Shown: positions 49,101-61,640 of the stretch, in pieces | How the letters are laid out: each line of letters starts with the position of its first letter | How positions within the stretch are numbered: the first letter of the stretch is position 1 | Source: Felis catus | Taxonomy: Eukaryota | Direction of reading: 5' to 3' | NCBI RefSeq assembly: GCF_018350175.1 | Contig: NC_058368.1 | Coordinates: forward strand, 204,912,001-204,976,000 | Length of the DNA: 64,000 nucleotides | Made by a program: the position numbers and the translations under genes | Notes under the pieces: generated by a model | Told to the model about the DNA's origin: nothing | What the model saw: the letters and a program-made list of their open reading frames with translations, nothing else | The model's database searches: none

Positions 49101-50395
49101 AAAGACAGTCTCTTCAGCAAGTGGTGCTGGGCAAACTGGACAGTGACATGCAGAAGAATGAACCTGGACCACTTGCTTACACCATACACAAAAATAAACT
49201 CAAAATGGATGAAAGACCTCAATGTAAGACAGGAAGCCATCAAAATCCTTGAGGAGAAAGCAGGCAAAAACCTCTTTGATCTTGCCCACAGCAACTTCTT
49301 ACTCAACACGTCTCCGGAGGCAAGGGAAACAAAAGCAAAAATGAACTACTGGGACCTCATCAAAATAAAAAGCTTCTGCACAGCGAAGGAAACAATCAGC
49401 AAAACTAAAAGGCAACCGACAGAATGGAAGAAGTTATTTTCAAACAACATATCAGATAAAGGGTTAGAATCCAAAATCTATAAAGAACTTATCAAACTCA
49501 ACACCCAAAAAAACAACTAATCCAGTGAAGAAATGGGCAAAAGACATGAATAGACACTTCTCCAAGGAAGACATCCAGACCAACTGACACATGAAAAAAT
49601 GCTCAATATCACATTATCAGGGAAATACAAATCAATACCACAATGAGACACCACCTTACACCTGCCAGAATAGCTAACATTAACAACTCAGGCAACAACA
49701 GATGTTGGCGAGGATGCGGAGAAAGAGGATCTCTTTTGCATTGTTGGCAGCAATGCAAGCTGGTGCAGCCACTCTGGAAAACAGTAAGGAGTTTCCTCAA
49801 AAAAACTAAAAATAGAACTACCCTGTGACCCAGCAATTACACTACTAGACATTTATCTACGGGATACACGTGTGCTGTTTCAAAGGGACACATGCACCCT
49901 CATGTTTATAGCAGACTATCAACAACAGCCAAAGTATGGAAAGAGCCCAAATGTCCATCGATGGATGAATGGATAAAGAAGATGTGGTATATATATATTA
50001 CAATGGAGTATTACTCAGCAATCAAAAAGAATGAAATCTTGCCATTTGCAACAACGTGGATGGAACTGGAGGGTATTATGCTAAGTGAAATTAGTCAGAG
50101 AAAGACAAAAATCATATGACTTCACTCATATGAAGAATTTAAGAGACAAAACAGATGAACATAAAGGTAGGGAAACAAAAATAATATAAAAAAAATGGAG
50201 GGGGACAAAACAGAAGAGACTCATAAATATGGAGAACAAACTGAGAGTTGCTAGAGGGGTTGTGGGAGGGGGGATGGGCTAAATGGGTAAGGGGGTATTA
50301 AGGAATCTACTCCTGAAATCATTGTTTCACTCTATGCTAATTTGGATATAAATTTTAAAAAATAAAAAATGAAATTAAACAAAAACAATAAAAAA
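46133..50395 (+). mobile_element. 5'-truncated LINE-1 (4.26 kb): ORF1 tail, inter-ORF spacer, full-length decayed ORF2, 3'UTR, A tail
   Basis: Perfect 20-bp TSD AATAATGTTGATTGGTTTTC at 46113-46132 and 46396-equivalent 3' copy 50396-50415; begins with ORF1 C-terminus PALQEIVRGTF*; G-rich 3'UTR tract and A-rich tail. Confidence 0.97.
46316..50133 (+). pseudogene. L1 ORF2 (endonuclease, reverse transcriptase, Cys-rich C-terminus), inactivated
   Basis: EN motifs (TLNINGLN, DFNTPL, SRIDHILG, FSDHN), RT motifs ([40 protein letters not shown]) and [18 protein letters not shown]. Start is GTG; in-frame TAG at 46436 and TGA at 48882; frameshifts split it into ORFs 46472, 47586, 47864, 48486, 48900, 49643 and 49892. 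Confidence 0.95.
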
Positions 50396-50583
50396 AATAA
50401 TGTTGATTGGTTTTCAATGTATTTCATTCCCCATATCCTTCTTAGGAACTATGGTTCTCCACTAGGGCACTAAGCAGTGATACTATTCTTGCCTCTGCCA
50501 TTGAGTGATTGTGTTACTTTGGAAATATGTGTAAGCCTCCAAGGATCCTTATTTCCCCATGTGAACAACATTTCATGTATTTA

Positions 50584-50806
50584 TTTTTTTTTAATTTTTT
50601 TTTAACATTTATTTATTTTTGAGACAGAGAGAGACAGAGCATGAATGGGGGAGGGGCAGAGAAAGAGGGAGACACAGAATCCGAAGCAGGCTCCAGGCTC
50701 TGAGCCATCAGCCCAGAGCCTGACGCGGGGCTCAAACTCACGGACTGCAAGATCGTGACCTGAGCTGAAGTTGGACGCTCAACCGACTGAGCCACCCAGG
50801 CGCCCC
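50584..50806 (-). mobile_element. Young felid CAN-SINE
   Basis: Perfect TSD AACATTTCATGTATTTA on both sides; antisense head ...GCCACCCAGGCGCCCC. Confidence 0.97.
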
Positions 50807-50829
50807 AACATTTCATGTATTTAAACAAA

Positions 50830-50995
50830 GACACAATAATACTTCATTTAATTTTCAGGCAAATCAGAATGAAGGACAGAAAGGTTAACTAATTTTGCCA
50901 GGGTCATTTTGCTAGCAGGTGGTGGAGATGGGATCTAAATCCCGGCAGTCTGGCTTCTGCATGTGTGTGCTCAATCCCTGTGCCATACCATCTCT
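50830..50995 (-). mobile_element. MIR fragment
   Basis: AAGGTTAACTAATTTTGCCAGGGTCA...GGGATCTAAATCCCGGCAGTCTGGCT. Confidence 0.65.
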
Positions 50996-51127
50996 CCATG
51001 TCTTCTGAGGGCATAATGTTTGGGAAATAAGGAAGAACTTTGTCTTCTCTTCCTTGGGTAGTATGGAAGATCACTGATCACACTGCTTACATAATAAGTG
51101 AATCTCTCAATGTATAAAAAACTGATT

Positions 51128-51287
51128 GGGGGCGTCAGCTGTGGTGACAGCTCAGAGCCTGGAGCCTGCTTCAGATTCTGTGTCTCCCTCTCTCTCTCTG
51201 TCCCTCCTCCACTTGCACTCTGTCTCTCTCTCTCTCTCTCTCAAAGATAAATAATAAACATTAAAAAATTAAAACAAATAAATAAAA
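51128..51287 (+). mobile_element. CAN-SINE lacking the A/B-box region
   Basis: GGGGCG joined directly to TCAGCTGTGGTGACAGCTCAGAGCC; TSD ATAAAAAACTGATTG on both sides. Confidence 0.9.
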
Positions 51288-52510
51288 ATAAAAAACTGAT
51301 TGATTTTTCATTAGTTCCTCAGAGAATAGCCTCTTCTGAATCATATTTTTTAAAGTTACCAACCAATGGAAAAATCACTCAAAATACAGTGCCTTGAACA
51401 CAGAATGGATGCAAATGCCTTGAACTGATTTGGATTCCTTCCAGTCACAACTGTTGGAAGTATTTACCCAAAATGTTAAGAACCATGAGAGTCAGTTGAC
51501 CTATTGCCAGAACAACAGCAAATCAAAAAAGTGCTACACCAGGCACCAGGAATCCGAGGGAAAAGGAAAAACGCATTTCCTCAGAAAAACATCAAGGTAC
51601 AGACTATTCCAGAACTGAGCACTGGAGCACTGGCCCAGTTGAAGGTAAGAACAGAAAGGTACTCAGATACTTGCAGGCAGTTTACAGTAGCATAAATAGT
51701 TACTTATGACCTCACAAATGAGAACATTCTCAGGATTTATTACCTTGCTCTAGGCTTGTCCACACACATGCCCCCAGTCAGTGAGTTCGCTTGAGTTCAG
51801 TATTTCCTGGGTGCCCACTACTCTCAGGGCTCTTATCCCAATGGGTTCAGTGCAATGTCTTTTTACAGAATAATTAAAGCCAGTTCCCAAAAGCTATAAA
51901 CAAACAAACTCCTCAAGAATGTGGTGATAGGGAGAAAAGGAAGAGTTGGAAGGCAAAGTGGTCACAGAAGCAGTTCCACTGAGTGGCATTTTTTTACTCC
52001 AAATTTAGATTCAAACTGAATCCAGTATTCCTTCAACTGAATAAGAAGTACTCTAGCACCGCACAGAGCAGAACCCTAAGGGGGAGGTTTCTATTTCACA
52101 GTGGGCTTCACAGAAGGCAAGATCTTTCAATGTAAGGTTAACATCTGTGGCAAAGTAGTCTCTAAGTTCAGAATTTCTCTTCAGAAAGGTTATTTCTGAA
52201 GGGAGTTTATGATGATTAACTCTAATCATCAGAAAGATAGACACTGATGGTCTTCTGAATGACTAAAAGTCACACTTCATTTAAATTAAGCAGCAGGACA
52301 CAGCAATAGAACATCTGCATTCAACTAATGTTAGAGATAAAATGATCCACCAAGATTCTGGAGGGAAGCTTTTGGGAATGCAAATATGAATCTGGACTTT
52401 TACCTTTGGCTAATTGAAATACTCTTCTGACATATTAGATGAAAGGAATAAAGAGCAAGAAATTGCAAGACAATTTAAGAAGATAATGCAATATATGTGT
52501 ATACTCGTTT

Positions 52511-52528
52511 GCGCGCGCGCGCACACAC

Positions 52529-52576
<48 letters not shown>
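52511..52576. repeat. (GC)n(CA)n compound microsatellite with Z-DNA-forming potential
   Basis: Directly visible. Confidence 0.95.
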
Positions 52577-52579
<3 letters not shown>

Positions 52580-53290
52580 CATTCCTTCCACCCTCTTTAG
52601 GGGGTAAAACTGTTAGGTTGTTGACATAGGCTAATTCTTGACATGTTTTTCTGAAAGATAAAATGAATATTTGCCCCCAATGAGTAAGTATTCCTGGGAA
52701 CTTTCCAGAAAGAAACTATTAAAATGTGAAAACCAGTAAACAGAAAAAGAAGCAATAGCCCAGGTAAAGTCCAAACTTAAGAACTCAAACACACCTTACA
52801 CTTATTCTGGCACCAAGGGCTCCATTTCCCAGTTGAGGAGGTGACCCAAATACCATGAGAACAGAGTCCAGGAGTGCCCTGGGTCTGTAGGTCTGAGGAG
52901 GCTGCTCTCCTCTCAAGTCTTCCCTGGGCACTGGTCTGATTGTACTGGGAATTAAGTTTCTGGAAGATGCCTGAATACTGGCAAGAGAGGAAAATCTCAT
53001 GAGACTCTAAGGCAAGGTGCTTAGACATGTCTTGCAGAGGCAAAGATGGGCAGTAGCAATGGCAAGGAGACAGCAGACCTTTTTCCTGCCACCATGAGAC
53101 TCTTTTTTCTCCTTGATCTCTTCGGCATCTCCTCTAATATAGGCTGAGGCAGATAATGGATTGTCAAAGTGGAATACTAGATGTGAACAGGTCTAAGTCT
53201 CAATCTCTTGATCTGTAAAGTGGGGATAACTATACTGTCTTCCCTATCTCAAAAGCTTGCCATGTAAAATCCCAGTGTGTATGATCCACC

Positions 53291-53642
53291 TGCTATAGAC
53301 TGAATATTTTGTGTTCCCCAAAATTCCTATGCTGAAACCTGACACCCAATATAAAGGTATTAAGAGGTGAGGCCTTTGGGAGGTGATAAGTCATGCAAGT
53401 AAAGGCCTCATGGATAGGATGAGTGTACTGAAAAGAGACCCTACAGAGCTCCTTAGTCACTTCAGCCACATGGGGACAAAGTGAAAACATAGATGTCTAC
53501 GACCCAAGAAGCAGACCCTCAGCAGAGACTGATTTTGCTGGTGCTTTGAGGTTGAACTTCTCGGACTCCAGAACTAGGAGAAATTTCTGTTGTTTATAAG
53601 CCACCTACTCTTCTGTTATAGGAGCCCAAATGGATTAAGACA
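53291..53642 (+). mobile_element. MaLR solo LTR, MLT1A-like
   Basis: TG...CA termini: TGCTATAGACTGAAT...GGCCTTTGGGAGGTGAT...GGATTAAGACA; similar to 9962-10302. Confidence 0.85.
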
Positions 53643-54140
53643 TTATCCTAGTATTATATTTCTTCCTTTATCAACAACTTCTAGACTATAGAAATATAAG
53701 GAATAATTTTCCTTCTTTTCTCACTTCCCATGAGGCAATCATAAGTTCCCTGGACCTACCTCTCCCAATAAAAAGTGGGAAAATGCAGTTTGTTAACAGA
53801 AAGTAATAAAATGACAATATCTGTCTTGTCTCAACCTCCCAAATTGCCTCTTTCCCAAGACAAGAGAACTTCTTCCCAGAATAAAGTTATTTGGAACTAC
53901 CATTTATCATAAACTCATAATTAAATATGACTCCATTTTATGGACTTCAAAATGCCATACTGAAATTTACCTTGCCTGACATGTACAGGCATATTTAAAA
54001 CAAACTTGTTCTTTAAAAATCATCATATTCCATAAAAGAAAAACAATCTCCATCCAAAGTTACAGTTCTGGCTTTGTCAACCTGATGGCAGCCTCTGGGC
54101 CTAGTTATTCTGTTTTCTTCTTGATTCAGATGCTCATTAT

Positions 54141-54250
54141 TTTTTTAATGTTTCATTTATTTATTTTGAGAGAGAGAGAGAGAGAGAGAGAGTCATGAGC
54201 AAGCAAGGGAGGGGCAGAGGGAGAGGGAGAGGGGGAGAGAGAGAGACAGA

Positions 54251-54308
<58 letters not shown>

Positions 54309-54431
54309 CTCAAGCAGGCTCCACGCTCAGTGGGAAGCATGATGCAGGTCTTGGGCTCACAACTGTGAGCTCATGACCTGAGCTGAAATCAAGAGTCAGA
54401 CACTTAACTGACTGAGCCACTCAGGTGCCTC
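54141..54431 (-). mobile_element. CAN-SINE with two expanded (CT)n tracts
   Basis: Perfect TSD CAGATGCTCATTATT at 54126-54140 and 54432-54446. Confidence 0.95.
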
Positions 54432-55357
54432 CAGATGCTCATTATTAACCAGTGTATCCCACTGCTTTTCATTATATCTTAGACTAAAAGGAACCGGGGT
54501 CTGTGTCACACGGTACCTATGATGGAAGCACCTTTAACAGAATGATCATTCTCTATGTTGAAGGCCACAGAGTTGGTCAATCGGCAACAGGAAACGATTA
54601 TTCCACAGAGGAGAATCTTCTCCTAATGTATTTTTTCATTATTTTCATGGAAATAAACATATTCCAGCCATATGAAAATCCTGGTTTTTCAGTCAGTTTA
54701 ATTCACTCACTAGGTTCACTACAGCCTGGTAATTTCTAATCCGAAAAGAATCTGATTCTCTTCCTTTATCTGTGAAGATAGAAGACACTTGCTCATAATG
54801 ACAGACTTTAGCCAGTACATTTTGTGTGTGTGCATGAGTCAGTGCAGACATTCATAATTGAGAATACAGACTCTGCTAAGGACTCCAGGAGGCCCCCTGC
54901 CTCAACCCTCTTTGATCCCCATTATAACCTGACAAAACTGAGATAACATGGCTGAGACTTCCCTGGTTCTGTTTCTTCTTCCAGTCCATTAGCCCACATA
55001 TGCAGAATGGATTCATGACCTTCCTACCTTTCCTCTCCTTCCCACTTGGCTCTTTCTCTGTCTTTTCTCTCAACCAGGTCCACTTTGTTCAGCCTGCACA
55101 CCTTTCCATCAGCTGCCACCTTCCAGAGACCTCATTCACACAGTGCATCTGAGTTTTTCATGGAGGTGTTTCAGATGACATGTCCCCACTGCCAATTCTT
55201 TCAAAAATGCAAAAGTATCAATAAACTTAAAACTGAATGCTACAGATCAAGCCTCAAAAGGGCAGTTTCAATCGGAACAAGAAGAGAGAAAACTAACTTC
55301 TGAGCCAGAATGCAAGCTCCCATTCACCGTTGACATTATATCCTCGGCATCTAAAGC

Positions 55358-55434
55358 AGTGCTCAATAAATACACACGTAAGTGCTCAATAAATAAATAA
55401 ATACAAATGTAAGTGCTCAATAAATACACACGTA
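55358..55434 (+). repeat. Three tandem copies of an L2 3'-terminal motif
   Basis: AGTGCTCAATAAATA x3; the first and third 23-mers are identical. Confidence 0.85.
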
Positions 55435-56542
55435 GATTACTATGGAGCTCCAAGGACCAGTCATTAGCGGATAGAAGATCGTAAAGCTAGAGCATTAGAA
55501 GTCAGAGCCCTGGAACCTAGTACTGGCTCTGAAAAAAATAAATTTTGTGACTATGAGCAAATTTTCTCCTTGGTAAAAATCAATGGATTACCACTAAATT
55601 ATTTCTAAGGTAGCTCCAATTTTAAAAATTCTATAATGATAAAATACATGAATCACAGCTAAAGGTTGAAAGGTCTCTGAAGAGGTATATGGTCAAGCCA
55701 CCCACCTCTCGCCTTTTTTTTATATTTCCAGAAAGATGACTGACTATCCTATTTGGAAAATTTCCAGGAAAATATCTGAATTTCCTATTGTCATCTATGC
55801 TGAGATTTTAGTTCAAAAAAGTCATTCTCAGATTTAACCTAAAATCCATTTCTATGCTGTTTCTACTGCTGTTAATCAATTTAGGGCGTAACTATCCAAT
55901 TATAAAATTCCACAATCCTCATAATCTTGGAATGTAATTTTATTTCCAATTCAAGTATTAAAAGATATGGCCAATAAGGCATAAAAACATTTTCCCTGAA
56001 GTCGTATCATTGACTAAATCATTAAGCTTGTCTACTGTGCTTCTCTGTAAATATACATTTGTAGCAGGACTTGATTAGTTTTCTACCAAGAAATACATGT
56101 TTATTAAATTATATCTCATGCACCAGGGCTCCTTATTTATCTTAGTAATTTTTAATGGAAAAGTAAATGAAACATTATTACATAAATGCTTAGAGAGATG
56201 ACAGTAATTTTATTCTAAATTAAATAAAGAAAAGGTTAAATAAATGTTACAATCTTTCAGGAATTACAGTATAAGCCTTAAAATCATAAATCTCCCACTT
56301 GCTTTTTTATAACTTATTCTTAAAATATTTATCAGCGTAATATTGAAACTAAGTTCTTGTTAATTATTTTCTGGCAATTTCCTGGTTTTTCAAGTTTCAG
56401 TTAGATGATGTGCCAATTCCCATTCAGAACTTAAATATTACATTTTTAAACACATTCTAGTTTTCCAGTTTAGTAATGCATTTTTGTGCAATAGGAAATG
56501 CTGACATTTCAACCTTCTATCATAATCTCTGGATTTTAGGGT

Positions 56543-56543
56543 G

Positions 56544-56599
<56 letters not shown>
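56543..56599. repeat. (TA)n(CA)n microsatellite
   Basis: Directly visible. Confidence 0.95.
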
Positions 56600-56600
<1 letters not shown>

Positions 56601-57679
56601 TCTCAAACACACAAAACATTTTGTTTTCAAATATCTAAAACAAAGTACTCAGTCTCATAACCATAATAAACCAGAAACAGAGGAAGAAACCTGCTTTCAG
56701 TAATAAGGAATGGCAAATATCTGGATAATCTCATTATCTATTTGAAAGTACATCTCCTTCATGAAGAAATAAATTACACATTATGACAAAGTGGTTAAAT
56801 CTACATCTGGATTAATAAAATCATTAAAATCTAAAGTTCCTCCCCCCAACCCAAATCTTGCATCTTTTTTGGGTGCAAAATTAAAAAAAAAAAAGTTCTA
56901 AACAAGTACTATTAAATTTAATTTAGCTTCATTTTTAATAAGTGACCTCATAATTCCCATAGACATGTTGAAAAATAAAACCTATCTCTGACTCGGAGAG
57001 TCTGAGTTGAGAACCATCAAAATAACTCTAAGGGCAGAAACACAGCCATGACATGTTACAGACGACAAGAGAAAACCAATAATTGAAATAAGTCCTAAAC
57101 AGAGTAATTCCCAGTTTTGTGTTCAAGTCAGTGTCTGTATCTGGGCTGGAAATGTGAACATTAGATTTGGCACTCATTTTTAAGACCTTACTTCCAAAAA
57201 TGTGACCCTGAACAACTTCATCAGAATTCACTTCTTATGAGGCAGTCCTTGGTCCCTCGGTACCAACCTCTCTGATAGGAAGAAGAAACCACATACTCGA
57301 GGGGTTATGTCTATAAGCTTTTAGGTATGGGACTTGGAGGTGGTCGCCAGAGGTGAAATTGCAGAAAGTAACACTCATTCTCTATGCTCTTCATGCTCCA
57401 CGCTCCTTAACTAGTTTCCACCAGCCTCTCCTGCTAGCACCCTGCTTCCCTAAGGTCCCATCTCACTCTCCCTAAATAAATCTTCATGCATTTCTTTTCC
57501 TCTTTTCATGTTCCCTTCTATAAATACTGAAAGACTTCTGGTGTTGAACCCAGCGCCAAGGAAGGGAGGGGTTGGGGTAGAGTTGGAACCAAAGTCACGC
57601 ACAGTCCCATCCTCATGATGCTGACAGACTACCAGGAAAAGATGACCACAAATCAAATAATCACACGGATAAACATACA

Positions 57680-57990
57680 GCCAGTCAAGGTGGTTGCATC
57701 TCTAGTTTCTTTGCCTCCTTAAGGAAATGACAACTGAGCAGATCGTCATTATGTAAGGGGGACACAGTGGGGGAACAAAGAGTCTCATGACCTGAAAGAT
57801 GATAAATGTGGCCACTGCCAAAAAGGAGGATTGTTGACAGAAAGCTGGAGAGGTAGTCAGGTGCCAGACCATGTGGCTTTTCAAGGAACAAAGTAAAGAC
57901 TTACTCTAACAGCACTGAGGAACAACTGAATAAGTGTACACAGATAACGAATGAAATAATGAGGTCTGAGTTTAGGAAAAGGTCATTCTG
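57680..57990 (-). mobile_element. L2 fragment
   Basis: GCTGGAGAGGTAGTCAGGTGCCAGACCATG...GAGTTTAGGAAAAGGTCATTCTG pattern. Confidence 0.5.
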
Positions 57991-58955
57991 ACCAAATGTG
58001 GTGGACAACAGAGTGGGAAGAGGACAAAATCTAGCCAGCCTGACTGCCCAGCAAGTTCACTTGCCTCCTTCTCCCCTCTGCACTTAAGAGGGACAGTTGT
58101 GTCCTCTATGGTCAGGACCTGCCCTTCATTGAAGTGGGCTCCTCTTAAAATCATCTATGTCACTTTGTTTTCCTTATCGGCAAAGAAGGAAAATGCCCAC
58201 CCCAGGATTGGAAGCAGATCCTAGATATGAAATACTCAAGGGATCTCCCATTCCTCAGCCACAAAGCATGATTAACGGCAGGCTGCTAGGCTGCTGCACA
58301 CCTTAGGATATATTCAGGAACGTGGGAGCTTTCTCATGTCTCTCAAATGATACTGAATAAGGTCCTAGAAGTCCATCTGAAGAAAACGCACTAGAACTCT
58401 AACTTTGCTTCATTGATTAATAATGAAAGACAATTATTTCCTTACTGACAGGCATTCAGATGAGCACTATTAATATAGCTTTCATTATTACATGTTTGGT
58501 TTCTTTCAGATTCCCTATTAGCCCATCAACTATTAAGAAACATTTATATTGCTTTTGGGTTGAGCACTGGTATACGCAGATTTAACACCCTGCAGATAAA
58601 AATGTAAGTTTAACATGAAAAAAATTATTGCAATCAGTCACCAGACTATTCCAACAGAAGGTGAACCCTTTGAAGAGGAATAAGCACTCCCCAAGGCAAA
58701 TATTTGCATAATTAAAGATCCTTTCCAAACTTCCTGGAAATGAAACCAACTTTAAGAGCCTACTACGGGTCCGCATTATGAAAAGCAAGGTACATAAGGT
58801 ACATATGCGACTTCATTTAAAACTCAGACAAAACCATTTTGCAGGTTGAGGAAAAAGAAATGGGCCTATATGACTAGTAAATGCTAGAAGCAGGATGTGA
58901 AATTTTAAGTAACTTACTCACCTATGAAGTAAAGTCAAGTAACCTGCTTCCATGA

Positions 58956-59344
58956 TAAATTAGTCTGCTCGGGCTGTCATAACAAAATACCACAGGCTAG
59001 GAGGCTTAAACAACAGAAAGTTTTTTCTCACAGTTCTGAAGGCTGGAAGTCCAACATCAAGATGTCAGTCAACCTGGTTCCTGGTGAGAGCCCTCTTCCT
59101 GCCTTGCAGGTGGAAGTCACAGCCGTCTAGCTGTGTCCTCACATGGCAGAGAGAAGGCTCCAGGGTCTTGTTCTCTTCTTTAAGGCCACTAGCCCTATTG
59201 GAGTAGAGCCCCACCCGTATGACCTCAAGTAACTTCTATCTATCACCTCCTCACAAGCCCTGTCTCCAAGTGTAGTCACACAGGGGGACAGGGCTTCAAA
59301 CATAAGGATTTGGGGAGACACAAACCGTCAGTCCACATATAACA
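58956..59344 (-). mobile_element. MaLR solo LTR, MLT1A-like
   Basis: TTAGTCTGCTCGGGCTGTCATAACAAAATACCACAGGCT...CTCACAGTTCTGAAGGCTGGAAGTCC...ATAACA; 5-bp TSD-like CATGA / CATGG. Confidence 0.88.
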
Positions 59345-61469
59345 CATGGCTAGAAAATGCTAAGAGCAGGACTTGAATAGAGGCCTCAAACACCCACGAT
59401 CAGTCTACTTCTTCTGCTGTCCCTCCTGGGGTGAGAGATGTAGAAGTTTAAGCTTCAAAAAGCTAGAACATCATTAGTGTATCAGGACAGTGGGACTTCT
59501 TGATCAAGTCTCTAGCCTGCTAGCAACACAAAGAAGTAACTCATTCATCTCACTGCCCTCACGTCACACTCCTTAGTCTTTCCATTTCTTCTTTACCTTG
59601 CTCACAGGCTCTTTATAAATGAAACTGATGAAACATGTTCACAACTATACTACAAATCCACCCTGTCAAGCATTTCGCCCCAGGGAACAAAGTTTAGTAA
59701 AAACCTTTGACTGAAACACAGGGTAACAACAACGGGCATTTAGCCTTTGAAACTGAAGTATAAACAAGCAGATAATTCATTATGTTGAACATAGTCAAAG
59801 GACTAATTTATTAGTGCCAGAAAACAGGTATTCGATGGTGTGATTTATACAGCTTCTCTAGTTTGGCATCATTCTCTTTCAAGTTAGACATTACTCACGA
59901 GGTTGGAAATAAAAATCCTCTCCTTTAAGCAGAAATTCACATTAACTGAGTTTGAGCAAATAAGAGTTATAACTTGTATTAATAAGTAGCTCTTGAAAGA
60001 CTTCAAGTTATCTTGAAACCAAATAAAACCTCAAAATACATTCGAATTACTAAATTAAAACTCCTAAACTTCTTTTTAATAAATCTTTAGAGGAGAGATT
60101 AGAGAGCTCAGAACATTTATCTTTCACTACCTTTAGAAGATTACTCTAAGAATTAACAAATATTGGTTTTTATGTGCCAGAGAACTTTATGAGAAAGTTG
60201 TTTTAAAATAAATATTTATCTTATCCCACAATATGAAAAATGGAGTTTCTCAGGCGGCTAGAGCATTTACTAGGGAAGGTTATGTTTCCTGGCCTTTTTC
60301 TAACTGCTGTCATTGTTGAATTCATTGCAGTGATTACATGTAGTGTTAATTATAGTAAGTATGCACACGTTCTGCCTATATATGTAAATTCATATCTATA
60401 TATACATGTCTAGGTGTGCACACACACACCTATATATATATATACACGCACATAGCCACTGGGACCTGAGAAGAATATGGATCCCTGTTTTTAGTTTTTT
60501 ACTTTTTTAAAGGCTATCTGTACCATAAAGTAAAAATTAATGATGACAAGCACACAACCACACGTGACACAATGAATGAAAGGGTCAACTCATAATTTAA
60601 AATACTTAGCAGATGGGAGAAATTGTGCCCCCACCCCACCCCTATTCCCAGCAAATCTTTTCCTGACAAGTTAGCATGAGCTATACAAGAAGAGAGATTC
60701 ACTTCGTGTGTCGACTTATGACAAGGTTGAACACACACATAAGCAATCTTTCAGGACAAAGAGTAGACATGGCTTCAACAGGAAAAAACAATCCATCACA
60801 TCATCCATTTGCACTGAAAACAGCTTGCCAGCTGATGCCTCGAACAGGTATGGAAGGAGACTGTTCTGGGAACAAGTGTAAGAATGAAATCAACTTGCAG
60901 CCTGAGCTTCAGAGACAAAAATTCCTCTTGTCTGATCAATCCACATACCTCGAAAGGGATTAAATCTCTAAAATGGAAAAATCGCCATGGATTATTGTCC
61001 CTAAGCACAAGTATGTTTACCTCATATTCTACATCATAATGAATACGTCAGTATCTAAGATAAACATGGACATCTTCTAGGGTTGATGAAATATATTTTC
61101 ATTCATTAACACACTCGATCCTAGAAACATCCCTGTGGGCTGAGGTTAGGTATATATTGTCATTTCTATTTTCCCAACAAGGAAACCCAGGGTCATGTGG
61201 TTAATAAGTAATTTGCTTGGGTTACAAGTGCCTTTTTTTTTAAGTTAAAGGTAGGAAATACAGGTGATAAGCTTATATTCAAGATTTCTGAGGTTACTGA
61301 GAATTCTGTAATATAGCACGAGTGAACAATATCAACAGACCATAAAAATATAATCCAGTGAAGTAACTGGAGGAACTAGGGGGAAAAATAACAATTAATC
61401 TGCAACAATGTACCTTGTCTTTGTCAAAAACAATACCGAAAAACTGCTAACAGAGGTCTGGTTATCCAG

Positions 61470-61640
61470 GTAAATGGGTCTCACCCGGGCTTTGAGGCTT
61501 AGTATTCCTCATCTATAACACAGGGATAATAATAATACCTATTTTATAGGTTAGTTGTGGCGAATAAATTAGATATACGTGTAAAGCAGTTGTAACATTG
61601 CTGGCACATAAAATGCTCATTAACTGTTATTTTTATTATT
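61470..61640 (+). mobile_element. MIR
   Basis: TTCCTCATCTATAACACAGGGATAATAATAATACCT...TGTAAAGCA...TGGCACATAAAATGCTCA. Confidence 0.75.

Noticed and set aside
46316..50133. Active or domesticated reverse transcriptase gene
   Set aside because: No promoter or full ORF1, lost ATG, multiple stops and frameshifts: a dead L1 copy.
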